From an uncultured Acidobacteriota bacterium (lineage in GTDB: Bacteria; Acidobacteriota; Polarisedimenticolia; J045), in NCBI GenBank assembly GCA_963702425.1, contig CAVPCQ010000021.1, forward strand, positions 123,118 to 187,117: a stretch of DNA of 64,000 nt, read 5' to 3'. The notes beneath the pieces were generated by a model. The model was given only the letters and a program-made list of their open reading frames with translations, ran no database searches and had not been told where the DNA came from. The translations under genes and the position numbers were made by a program. Below are positions 53,270 to 61,991 of the stretch, one piece after another. The stretch's first letter is position 1; each line of letters opens with the position of its first letter.

Positions 53270-54367
53270 ATGCGTCCCAGGACGCGTTCACTGGGCTTCA
53301 TTCTCGGCGGGCTGATCGCGGCGGCCATCGCGGGCCCCGCTCTCGCCGGGTCGCTCGATCCGCCGGGGCCTCCCGCCCCGACCATGAAGACGCTGCTCGA
53401 GGTCGAGCCGCGGATCCCCGTGGAGCGGCTCCCCGGCTCGGCGACGGCGATGCACGTCATCACCGCCCCGGGCTCGTACGTCCTGACCGGCAACCTCGTC
53501 GCTGCCGGCGACATCGCCGCGATCGAGGTCGCCTCGGACAACGTGACGATCGACCTCAACGGCTTCGCGCTGATTGCGGAGAGCGCCGGGGCTGCGTCGG
53601 CGATCGACTTTCCCGCCGAGCAGCACTCGATCGCGATCCGCAACGGAACGATCAAGGGCTGGGGAGCGCACGCCATCCGCGGCTGGAACTGCAAGGACTG
53701 CCAGGTCCGCCGGATCCTCGCAACCGACAACAGCCTGGGGGGCGGTTACTCCGTGATCCAGCTCGGCGAGAGCGCCACGGTGTCGGAGTGCACCGTCGGC
53801 AATGCGGGCTTCACCGGGATCCAGGTCAGTGCCGGGAGCCTGATCGAAGACTGCATTGCGATCTGGTGCGGGCAGGGGTTCGAGCTGAGCGGCGAGAACT
53901 ACACGATCGTGCGCTCGGTGGCGCGCTACAACGGCGGCTACGGCATCTACCTCCAGGGCAGCGGGATCGTGGAGGACTGCGTCAGCGAGGGGAACCAGAT
54001 CGGGATCTACACCTCGAACAGTGTCCGCGTGGTGCGCAACACGGTCTCGAACAACGCGGTCTTCGGCATTCTCGTGGGCGGCTTCCACAACCTCGTGGCC
54101 GACAACCTGATCAACGGCCACTCCGCGGCCGGGGTGAAGATCCTGCCCGGGCTCGCGGGCGTCGTGCTCACGCGGAACCAGCTGGTCGGGAACGGGATCG
54201 GGGTCGAGGTCCAGGACGTCGGCGGGAACCTGATCGTCGGCAACACGGCGTCCGGCAACGGGATCGACTACAACGTCAGCCCGGCCAACGCCCTGGGCGC
54301 GGTCCACGACTTCACGGGCGGCGGCACGATCTCCATCGCCGCGCCCTGGGCGAACCTGCGCCACTGA
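53270..54367 (+). CDS. Secreted right-handed beta-helix protein (paralog B)
   Basis: RBS AAGGAG; GSLDPPGPPAPTMKTLLEVEPR; same architecture as paralog A. Confidence 0.82.
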   Translation: MRPRTRSLGFILGGLIAAAIAGPALAGSLDPPGPPAPTMKTLLEVEPRIPVERLPGSATAMHVITAPGSYVLTGNLVAAGDIAAIEVASDNVTIDLNGFALIAESAGAASAIDFPAEQHSIAIRNGTIKGWGAHAIRGWNCKDCQVRRILATDNSLGGGYSVIQLGESATVSECTVGNAGFTGIQVSAGSLIEDCIAIWCGQGFELSGENYTIVRSVARYNGGYGIYLQGSGIVEDCVSEGNQIGIYTSNSVRVVRNTVSNNAVFGILVGGFHNLVADNLINGHSAAGVKILPGLAGVVLTRNQLVGNGIGVEVQDVGGNLIVGNTASGNGIDYNVSPANALGAVHDFTGGGTISIAAPWANLRH

Positions 54368-54485
54368 CCGAGGCGGCCGGCACGGCCGACGACCGCCCGG
54401 AAGGAGCGACCGACCGCTCGCGTGGAGGGCGGTGTACTCGCGCCCAAGCCGCACCGACGATGTCCCCAGAGCGGAGGACACCCCC

Positions 54486-55682
54486 ATGACCGCCCGGCTC
54501 GCTGCCTTCGTTTCGCTCGTCGCCGCCCTGTCGACCGCCGCCCTCGCCGATGCCGGACCGCCGATCTCGATCGGGCAGATCCACACCCTCAAGTCCGCGG
54601 TCCTCGGCGAGGAGCGGACCGTGATGATCCACCTGCCGCCGGGCTATGAGGCCGGGGCGCAGCGCTACCCGGTGCTGTACCTGACCGACGCGGAAGCGCA
54701 GTTCGGACACACCGTCGCCACCGCCGACTTCCTCGCGGTGCAGGGCCGGATCCCGGCGCTGATCGTGGTCGCGATCCGGAACACCGAACGGACCCGCGAT
54801 CTCACGCCGACGAAGGGCTCACTCGCGGAGGGAGGCAAAGCCGTCCCCTTCCCCAAGGCCGGCGGAGCGGACCGCTTCCTCGCCTTCATCGGCACCGAGC
54901 TGGTGCCGTACGTCGAGAAGAACTTCCGCACGGTCCCGTATCGCGCGTTCGCCGGGCACTCGTTCGGCGGGCTGTTCGCCATGCACGCCTTCTTCACGCG
55001 GCCGGAACTCTTCCAGGCGATCCTGGCCGTCTCCCCGACCTTCAACTGGGACTCGGACTACATCCTGCGGCTCGCCGGGCCGTTCTTCGCGGAGAAGAAG
55101 GAGGCCCGGCACGCGCTGTTCGTGGCGATCGGGGACGAGCCGGAGCTCGAACCGGGGTTCCGGGCGCTGCGTGCGCTGGCGCCGACGGGCGCCGCGGAGG
55201 ACTTCGAGGCGACGTACCGCGAGTACCCGGACGACGATCACGGCTCGCTCGTGCTGGCCGCGCACCACGACGGCCTCCGGGCGCTGTTCGCCGACTGGGT
55301 CCTGCCGCGCGACGCACAGACCGGCTTTCCGCGCGGAAGCGCCGAGGAGATCGCCGCGCAGTTCGCGAGGCTGTCGAAGACCGTCGGCTTCACCGTGATC
55401 CCGCCGGAGCGGGTCGTGAACCTCGCCGGCTACGGGCGGCTCGCCGAGCGGAAGGTCCCGCAGGCGCTGGCGATCTTCGAGATGAACGCGCGGAACTACC
55501 CCGACGTCGCGAACGTCTGGGACAGCCTGGGCGACGGTCTCGAGGCCGCCGGTCGGCTCGACGACGCGAAGACCGCCGTGCTCAAGGCGGTCGCCCTGGG
55601 CGGGAAGAACGGCGATCCGCTGCTGCCCGCGTTCCGCGAGCACCTCGAGAAGCTCAACGCGCGGATCGCGGGCGGGAAGTAG
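54486..55682 (+). CDS. Secreted alpha/beta-hydrolase esterase (IroE/Fes-like) with C-terminal TPR
   Basis: YPVLYLTD, RTRDLTP, GHSFGG, NVWDSLG TPR. Confidence 0.85.
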   Translation: MTARLAAFVSLVAALSTAALADAGPPISIGQIHTLKSAVLGEERTVMIHLPPGYEAGAQRYPVLYLTDAEAQFGHTVATADFLAVQGRIPALIVVAIRNTERTRDLTPTKGSLAEGGKAVPFPKAGGADRFLAFIGTELVPYVEKNFRTVPYRAFAGHSFGGLFAMHAFFTRPELFQAILAVSPTFNWDSDYILRLAGPFFAEKKEARHALFVAIGDEPELEPGFRALRALAPTGAAEDFEATYREYPDDDHGSLVLAAHHDGLRALFADWVLPRDAQTGFPRGSAEEIAAQFARLSKTVGFTVIPPERVVNLAGYGRLAERKVPQALAIFEMNARNYPDVANVWDSLGDGLEAAGRLDDAKTAVLKAVALGGKNGDPLLPAFREHLEKLNARIAGGK

Positions 55683-56190
55683 CGGAGACCGCGGGCAGCT
55701 CCGCCATGGCGGCCCGCACGTCGCGCGCAATCGCGTCGGCCAGGGCCGGTGCCACGCGCTGAAGGTCCGGCGTCAGCGTGGCGCGGAATTCGTTCGCCGG
55801 CTCGATCTCGACGGCGTAGATCGCGATCGCCTCGTCCGGCGGGAGGTCCATCCCGAGCCTCCGCCCCAACGCGAGCGCGGTCGCGAGGTCCGCGTCGTGC
55901 GGGCCAGCGAGGCGGCGCGTCGGCGGCAGTGCGCCGGCCGTAAAGCGGTGCAGCGTCCCCGGCGCCGCCTGGCCGGTGACGATCGCGTCGACCAGGAAGA
56001 TGCGCTCGCGCCCGGCCAGCGGCTCGAGCAGCTCCAGCCCCCCGGACGAGCAGTCGTCGATCACGTCGATCTCCGCGAGGGGACCGCTGCCGGAGAGCCG
56101 CGCCGCGGCCGCCGCGGCCAGCACAAGGCCGATCGCATCGTCCCCAAGGATCGGGTTGCCCAGCCCCAGGAGCAGCGTGTTCGCCGGCAT
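55654..56190 (-). CDS. Hydrogenase maturation protease
   Basis: LGLGNPILGDDAIG, LVDAI, HD motifs; last gene of the hydrogenase operon. Confidence 0.9.
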   Translation of the reverse strand: MPANTLLLGLGNPILGDDAIGLVLAAAAAARLSGSGPLAEIDVIDDCSSGGLELLEPLAGRERIFLVDAIVTGQAAPGTLHRFTAGALPPTRRLAGPHDADLATALALGRRLGMDLPPDEAIAIYAVEIEPANEFRATLTPDLQRVAPALADAIARDVRAAMAELPAVSATSRPRSAR

Positions 56191-56213
56191 GGAAGCCTCC
56201 CTCCTCTCCCCGC

Positions 56214-57680
56214 CTACCCGTCGCGCCGGATCTCGAGGACGACGCGGCCCCCCCGGTGCAGGCGCGCGACGAGCGGCATGGCCCCCGGGAGCGAGTGCGT
56301 CGCGCAGCTGTAGCAGGGATCGAAGGCGCGGAACGCCATCTCGATCCGATCCAGCAGCGCCGCGTCGGGCGTGACGCCCGGCCGGATCAACTCGGTCGCG
56401 ACCTTCTTCGTCACCATCTGGATCGGCGCATTGTTGTGGGTCGTGCCGACGACCAGGTTGGCGCCGGTGCAGATCCCCTGTTCGTCGCAGGTGTAGTGGT
56501 GGATGAGGGTGCCGCGCATCGCCTCGACGATCCCCACCCCCTCCCCCGTGATCCGGTCGGGCAGGACCCGGAAGGTCTCGCTCGTCAATTCCGGGTCGTC
56601 GAGCAGCGCGTTCAGTCGCTCCGCCGCGAACAGCATCTCGACCAGCCGGGCCCAGTGGTGCGCCAGCATCGCGCCCGACGGTCGGCCACCGAGCGTGGCG
56701 AACAGCTCCTGCCGCGCCGCCTCGGCCTCGGGCGTCGCCATCCGCTCCGCGACGTTGAGCCGCGCCAGCGGGCCGGCGCCGTAGACCGGCGAGTCCGGCC
56801 CTTCGACGAAGCCGCGCCAGCCGCGCGCGCGGAGGTAGGGGAACTTCAGGTAGGTCCAGGGCTCGACGTGTTCGGCGATGATGCGGGCGTAGTCCGCCGG
56901 TGCGAAGCGCGCGATCTCGCTCCCCTCGCAGTCGACGACGCGCACCATGCCGTCGTAGAACGTCACCGCGCCGTCGGCGTCGACCAGCCCCATGTGTCCG
57001 ATCGCCAGCGCGTAAGGGCCGCGAAGAATCGTCTCGACCCAGCGCTGCTGGCCGAGCACCGCGTCCTTGAAGAGCTGCACCGAGAAGCGCGCGAACTCCA
57101 TCAGCGACGCCGCCATCGGCTGCAGGGCGGAGCGTTCCTCCTCGGAGAGTCCCTTCGAGACACCGCCCGGCACGCACCAGCAGACGTTGCGCTTGCGGCC
57201 GCCGAGCACCGCCTGGATCTCCTGCGCCGTCGCGCGCGCCTCGATCACCTGGCGCCCGATCTCCAGCCCCACCCGGGCCACCACGCCGAGGATGTTGCGC
57301 TCCGCCGGCGCGGCGTCCGGCCCGCAGATGAAGTCCGGCGCGGAAAGAGCGTAGAAGTGCGCGATGTGGCTGTGCAGGAAGTGGGCGCAGTAGTACGCCT
57401 CGCGCAGCTTGACCGCGGCCGGCGCGATCGCCCCGCCGAAGCAGGCATCCACCGCCTTCGAGCCGGCCAGGTGGTGGCTGGCCGGGCAGACGCCGCAGAT
57501 CCGCGTGACGATCCGCGGCACCTCCTCGAGCGGCCGCCCGACGACGAAGCGCTCGAACCCGCGCAGCTCGGGAATCTGGAAGTAGCAGTCGGACACGCCG
57601 CCGGCGTCGTCGAGAAAGATCTCGATCCGGCCGTGTCCTTCGAGACGCGTGATCGGGTCGATCGTGATCGTCCGGCCCAT
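56214..57680 (-). CDS. mvhA: [NiFe]-hydrogenase large subunit, group 3c (MvhA-like)
   Basis: TRLEGHG, ELRGFE, L1 RICGVC, L2 DPCYSCATH followed by a cleavable tail. Confidence 0.9.
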   Translation of the reverse strand: MGRTITIDPITRLEGHGRIEIFLDDAGGVSDCYFQIPELRGFERFVVGRPLEEVPRIVTRICGVCPASHHLAGSKAVDACFGGAIAPAAVKLREAYYCAHFLHSHIAHFYALSAPDFICGPDAAPAERNILGVVARVGLEIGRQVIEARATAQEIQAVLGGRKRNVCWCVPGGVSKGLSEEERSALQPMAASLMEFARFSVQLFKDAVLGQQRWVETILRGPYALAIGHMGLVDADGAVTFYDGMVRVVDCEGSEIARFAPADYARIIAEHVEPWTYLKFPYLRARGWRGFVEGPDSPVYGAGPLARLNVAERMATPEAEAARQELFATLGGRPSGAMLAHHWARLVEMLFAAERLNALLDDPELTSETFRVLPDRITGEGVGIVEAMRGTLIHHYTCDEQGICTGANLVVGTTHNNAPIQMVTKKVATELIRPGVTPDAALLDRIEMAFRAFDPCYSCATHSLPGAMPLVARLHRGGRVVLEIRRDG

Positions 57681-58642
57681 CAGCGGTAGCTCCTCTGCAA
57701 CAGCGATCCGGGAAGCGTGTAGCGGTTCGTGGTGCCGAGGACATCGGGCAGCCCGGCGAGCGCGGCCTCGGCCTCCTCAACGGTCTTCGCCTCGATCATC
57801 GAGGCCCAGGCACCGACCAGCGCAGCGCCCTGGTCGATCACTCCGGGCGGCGGTCCGTAGCAACCGCGGCAAGGCTGGTTGATGTCCGGGCAGCGCGCGC
57901 CGCAGCCGCCGCGCGTCGCCGGGCCGGCGCACGCGAGCCCCTGCTCGAGCAGACAGGTCTCGAGATCCGGCACGATCTCCCACGACCGGACGAAGCGCGT
58001 CACGCGCTTCTCGTCCTTGCGCCGGCGGCATTCGTCGCAGAGCGCCTTCTCCGCCGCGCCGAGCACCGCGCCCTTCGGTGGCAGAGTGCCGCTGGCGAGC
58101 GTCGCGAGCACCTCGCGCACCTGTTCCGGCACCGGCGGGCAGCCGGGCACGACGTAGTCCACCTCCACGACGTCGGCGAGGCGCCAGACCCGCGGGTAGA
58201 ACGACGGCAGCTCCAGGTCGGTCCCGTTGACCGGCACGTGCGTCCGCGGCACGGTCCGGTTCCCCTCCTCGATCGTCGGATTGTCGAGGTAGACCCGTTC
58301 GAGGATCTCCTCCCGCGAGCAGGCGTTGGCGAGGCCGGGAATGCCGCCGAACGCCGCGCAGCTGCCGAGGGCCACGAGCAGCTTGCTCTTGCGCCGCAGG
58401 AGATGCGCGACATCTTCGTTCTCCGCGTTGCGGACTGCGCCACTGAAGAGCGTCGCATCGAGTGCGCCGTCCGGGAGTGCCTCCACGTCGGCATACTTGC
58501 CGTCCACCGCGATCGGCCAGAAGAGGATGTCGGCCTCCGCCGCCAGCTCGAGGATGTACTCGTGGGTGTCGAGCACGGCGACGTCGCACCCGCCGCAGGC
58601 GGCCCCCCAGTAGAGCGCGATCTTCAGCTTGTCTTCAGCCAT
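57680..58642 (-). CDS. mvhG: [NiFe]-hydrogenase small subunit (MvhG-like)
   Basis: ACGGC, GSCA..GGIPGL, PGCPP, CLLEQG..C.GP.T..GC...CP....PCRGCYGP. Confidence 0.9.
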   Translation of the reverse strand: MAEDKLKIALYWGAACGGCDVAVLDTHEYILELAAEADILFWPIAVDGKYADVEALPDGALDATLFSGAVRNAENEDVAHLLRRKSKLLVALGSCAAFGGIPGLANACSREEILERVYLDNPTIEEGNRTVPRTHVPVNGTDLELPSFYPRVWRLADVVEVDYVVPGCPPVPEQVREVLATLASGTLPPKGAVLGAAEKALCDECRRRKDEKRVTRFVRSWEIVPDLETCLLEQGLACAGPATRGGCGARCPDINQPCRGCYGPPPGVIDQGAALVGAWASMIEAKTVEEAEAALAGLPDVLGTTNRYTLPGSLLQRSYR

Positions 58643-58645
58643 CGC

Positions 58646-59077
58646 TCACCCCACCCGCGTCACGGCCGGGAGCGTCTCGACGCGGCTCGGGCCGAGCTTC
58701 CGGATCCGCTCGGTCATGTCGGCGACGATTTCCGCGAAGCGCTGCCCCTCGCTCGCGCTGACCCACTCCAGGCGCACCCGGTCCGGCTCGAGCCCGTAGG
58801 CCTCGACCAGGCGCGCCAGCAGCACCTGCCGCCGCAGCGTCTTGTAGTTCCCCTCCGAGTAGTGGCAGTCGCCCGGGTGACAGCCGCAGATCAGCACGCC
58901 ATCGGCCCCTTCGGCCAGCGCCTTGAGCACGAACGACGGCCGGATCCGTGCCGAGCACATCGTCCGGATCACGCGCACGTTCGGCGGGTACTTGATCCGG
59001 CTGGTCCCCGCCAGGTCGGCTCCGGTGTACGAGCACCAGTTGCAGAGGAAGCCGACGATCTTCGGTTCGAACGCCAT
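58646..59077 (-). CDS. mvhD: MvhD [2Fe-2S] subunit
   Basis: FLCNWCSYTGADLAG, MCSAR, GCHPGDCHY, WVSASEG. Confidence 0.92.
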   Translation of the reverse strand: MAFEPKIVGFLCNWCSYTGADLAGTSRIKYPPNVRVIRTMCSARIRPSFVLKALAEGADGVLICGCHPGDCHYSEGNYKTLRRQVLLARLVEAYGLEPDRVRLEWVSASEGQRFAEIVADMTERIRKLGPSRVETLPAVTRVG

Positions 59078-60792
59078 CAGAGTACCCCCTCGATCTGGGC
59101 GAAGATCTGTTCGTCGGTGAAGTGCCGGGCCCGGATCGCCGAGGACGGGCAGGCCGCCGCGCAGCAGCCACAGGCCTTGCACGACGCCTCGATCACGCGG
59201 CTGGTGCGCCGCGCGTCGTCGTACTCGATCGCGCCGTAGGGACACAGCGCGCCGCAGATCCGGCAGCCCGAGCAGCGCGTCTCGTTGACCTCCGCGAAGA
59301 TCGCGTCGACCTCGATCTTCCCCTTGGCGACCTTCGCCAGGATCCGCGCCGCCGCCGCGCGGGCCTGGGCCACCGAGTCGGGAATGTCCTTCGGCGACTG
59401 GCAGGCCCCGGCGATGTAAACGCCGTCGGTCGTCGTTGCCACCGGATCGAGCTTGGGGTGGCTCTCGATGAACCAGCCGTCCTTGTCGCGGCTGATGTTG
59501 ACCAGCTGCGCGACGCGGGCGGAGTCCTCGCGCGGCTCCATCCCCACCATCAGGACGACGAGGTCGGCGGGAACCTCGATCTCCTCGCCGGACAGTTGCT
59601 CGTCCAGCGTGATCAGCAGGTTGCAGTCGTCCTTCGGGCCGGCCGGCCGGATCTCCGGCGCCGCGTTCTTGCCGTACATCAGGAAGAGCGTCTTGATCTC
59701 GGCCGTCTTGCGGTAGAAGTCCTCGCAGCCCTTCCCGAAGGCGTGCATGTCGATGTACAGGTCGACCACCGCGGTGTCGGGCAGCGCCGACTTGACCTCC
59801 TGCCCGTACTTCAGCGCGGTCATGCAGCAGACGCGCGAGCAGTAGCCGTGAAACTCCTCCGAACGGCTGCCGACGCAGTGGACCAGCGCCACGATGCGCG
59901 GGGTCCGGCCGTCGGCGGTTTCGATCCGGCCCCGCTTCAGCATCGCCTCCAGCTCGAACGAGGTAATTACGTTGGGCAGCCGCCCGTATCCGAGGCCCGC
60001 GACGCGCGCGGCGTCGAACTCCTTGTATCCGGTGCAGACGACGACCGACCCGACCTCGAGCTGCCGCGTTGCGCCGCCGACGCCAACGTCCGCGGTGAAG
60101 TTCCCCTGGTACCCCTCCAGCCGCTCGAGCTCCGCGCGGAACAGGACCGTGATCATCGGGTGCAGTGCGACGCGCGTGAGCCGGTCGAGGAGCAGGTCAC
60201 GCGCCGCATCCAGGTGCGGCGCGGTGAGGTCGACGCGGGCGACGTTTCCTCCCAGCCGGTCGCTCCGCTCGACGATCGTCACCGGCTGCCCGGCGTCGGC
60301 CAGTTGCAGCGCGGCGGTCATCCCGGAGATCCCGCCCCCGATCACGAGCGTGGCCGGGTTCATCGGGACGAAGCGCTTCTCCAGCGGCTCGTGCCGCGCG
60401 ACGCGCGCGACCGCAGCCCGGACCAGCGCGAGCGCCTTGTCGGTGGCGGCACGCGGATCGTCGTGGACCCAGCTGCACTGCTCGCGGATGTTCGCCATCT
60501 CGAGCAGGTAGGGGTTGATTCCCGACGCCGCCAGCGCACGGCGGAAGGTCGGCTCGTGCATCCGCGGGCTGCACGCGGCAACGACCACGCGGTCGAGCTG
60601 CCTGTTCCGGACCTCTTCAGCGATCATCTCCTGGCCGGGATCGGAGCACATGTACTTGTAGGCCCGCGCGACCACGACTCCCGGCCACTCCGGCGCTACG
60701 CGGACGATCTCCTCGCAGTCGACGGTGCGGGCGATGTTCGTGCCGCAGTTGCAGACGAAGACGCCGATGCGCGGGAGGTCAGGCTGGCTCAT
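59077..60792 (-). CDS. hdrA: Heterodisulfide reductase subunit A-like flavoprotein (with N-terminal Cys domain and C-terminal ferredoxin)
   Basis: VFVCNCGTNIA, MCS, ACSP, NIREQCSWVH, IGGGISG, CVGSR, CSRVCC, PKDIPDSV, two C-terminal CxxCxxCxxxCP. Confidence 0.88.
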   Translation of the reverse strand: MSQPDLPRIGVFVCNCGTNIARTVDCEEIVRVAPEWPGVVVARAYKYMCSDPGQEMIAEEVRNRQLDRVVVAACSPRMHEPTFRRALAASGINPYLLEMANIREQCSWVHDDPRAATDKALALVRAAVARVARHEPLEKRFVPMNPATLVIGGGISGMTAALQLADAGQPVTIVERSDRLGGNVARVDLTAPHLDAARDLLLDRLTRVALHPMITVLFRAELERLEGYQGNFTADVGVGGATRQLEVGSVVVCTGYKEFDAARVAGLGYGRLPNVITSFELEAMLKRGRIETADGRTPRIVALVHCVGSRSEEFHGYCSRVCCMTALKYGQEVKSALPDTAVVDLYIDMHAFGKGCEDFYRKTAEIKTLFLMYGKNAAPEIRPAGPKDDCNLLITLDEQLSGEEIEVPADLVVLMVGMEPREDSARVAQLVNISRDKDGWFIESHPKLDPVATTTDGVYIAGACQSPKDIPDSVAQARAAAARILAKVAKGKIEVDAIFAEVNETRCSGCRICGALCPYGAIEYDDARRTSRVIEASCKACGCCAAACPSSAIRARHFTDEQIFAQIEGVL

Positions 60793-60802
60793 CGCTCCTC
60801 CC

Positions 60803-61981
60803 TCACGCCGCCGCCGGGGCACGCCCGGCCGCGCCGGCGTCGTCCGACGGGTTGCCGGCGACGGGTACCGCCGCCGACTCCCAGGCTCGCTCGTGCAGGT
60901 CGGCGAAGTACATCGCCAGCGGCCGGTAGGCGAGGTGAGACCACTTGGAGAACGGGACCTCGACGGCGAGCATCGGGACGGCTCCCATCAGGTGCGCGAC
61001 GTAGACGACGTTGGCCGCCGCGTCGAGTCCGAACCAACGGTAGAGCACATGCTGGAGGAACCCCGTCGAGGCGACGTAGACCAGGAGGATCAGGAACACC
61101 CAGTCGGTCTCGTGGGAGTGGCGGTGGAGCGGCGTCTGGCGGCGCCAGCGGCCGCGCAGGGCGTAGATCGTCGTGCCCAGCAGGCCCGCCGTCGCGAGGT
61201 AACCGAAGGCGTGGGCCAGCCTGTTCGCCGGTGACGCGTGCAGCTGTTCGAGGAACAGCATGATCAGCGCCAGCATCGTCAGGTAGCTCAGGACCAGGAC
61301 GAAGTGGACCGTCCAGGGGCGCTTGCTCTCGCACTCCCGGTAGCGCTTCTGGGTGGCGAAGTGCAGCGGCGCGAGGAAGAAGCGCTTCACGTAATCGAGC
61401 GGCGGCACGCGGAGCCGGCGGTCGCGGCCCGTCGTCAGCCACCACATCCGCGTGCAGTTGGCGGCGAGCAGGGCCGCCAGCGTACCGCCCAGGATCCAGT
61501 CGAAGACGTGGACCGCGCTGGCCGGCAGAAAGGCGCCCGGCCCGGTGTAAACCGCGAGGCTCCCTCCCCCGTACTTGAGGCCGAAGAGCAGGAAGCCGGC
61601 CCCGGTGAGCAGCGCCACCAGCAGCACGGCCAGCAGCTCCGCGCGCCACGAGCGATAGAAGAGGCGCGAGAGCCCGGTCACGTCGTACTGCGCGGTGAGC
61701 CAGCGCCGGATGCTCATCATCGTCTCGCCCGGCTCGGCCTCGCGCGGGCACTGCTCGCTGCACTCGCCGCAGTAGTAGCAGAGCCACGGCTCGAGGGTGC
61801 CGGCCAGGCGCTCCTCCAGCCCCATCTGCAGGTAGCGCATCGACTTGCGCGGGAACAGGAAGGGCTCTTTCGAGAACGGGCAGACCGCCGAGCAGTTGCC
61901 GCAGTGGTAGCAATTCTGCACGTCCTCGGCGCCGTAGAGTGCCAGCTCGTCGATCAGGCGGGGATTCGCGCGAACGGCCAT
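60803..61981 (-). CDS. QmoC-like protein: HdrC-type 2x[4Fe-4S] domain plus cytochrome b transmembrane domain
   Basis: CYHCGNCSAVCP, PWLCYYCGECSEQCPR, ~6 TMs with His residues, PFSKWSHLAYRP. Confidence 0.82.
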   Translation of the reverse strand: MAVRANPRLIDELALYGAEDVQNCYHCGNCSAVCPFSKEPFLFPRKSMRYLQMGLEERLAGTLEPWLCYYCGECSEQCPREAEPGETMMSIRRWLTAQYDVTGLSRLFYRSWRAELLAVLLVALLTGAGFLLFGLKYGGGSLAVYTGPGAFLPASAVHVFDWILGGTLAALLAANCTRMWWLTTGRDRRLRVPPLDYVKRFFLAPLHFATQKRYRECESKRPWTVHFVLVLSYLTMLALIMLFLEQLHASPANRLAHAFGYLATAGLLGTTIYALRGRWRRQTPLHRHSHETDWVFLILLVYVASTGFLQHVLYRWFGLDAAANVVYVAHLMGAVPMLAVEVPFSKWSHLAYRPLAMYFADLHERAWESAAVPVAGNPSDDAGAAGRAPAAA

Positions 61982-61991
61982 CGGCCTCTCC

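Noticed and set aside
56214-59077. Selenocysteine recoding in MvhA/MvhD
   Set aside because: The ligand positions are ordinary Cys codons and the ORFs have no internal TGA.
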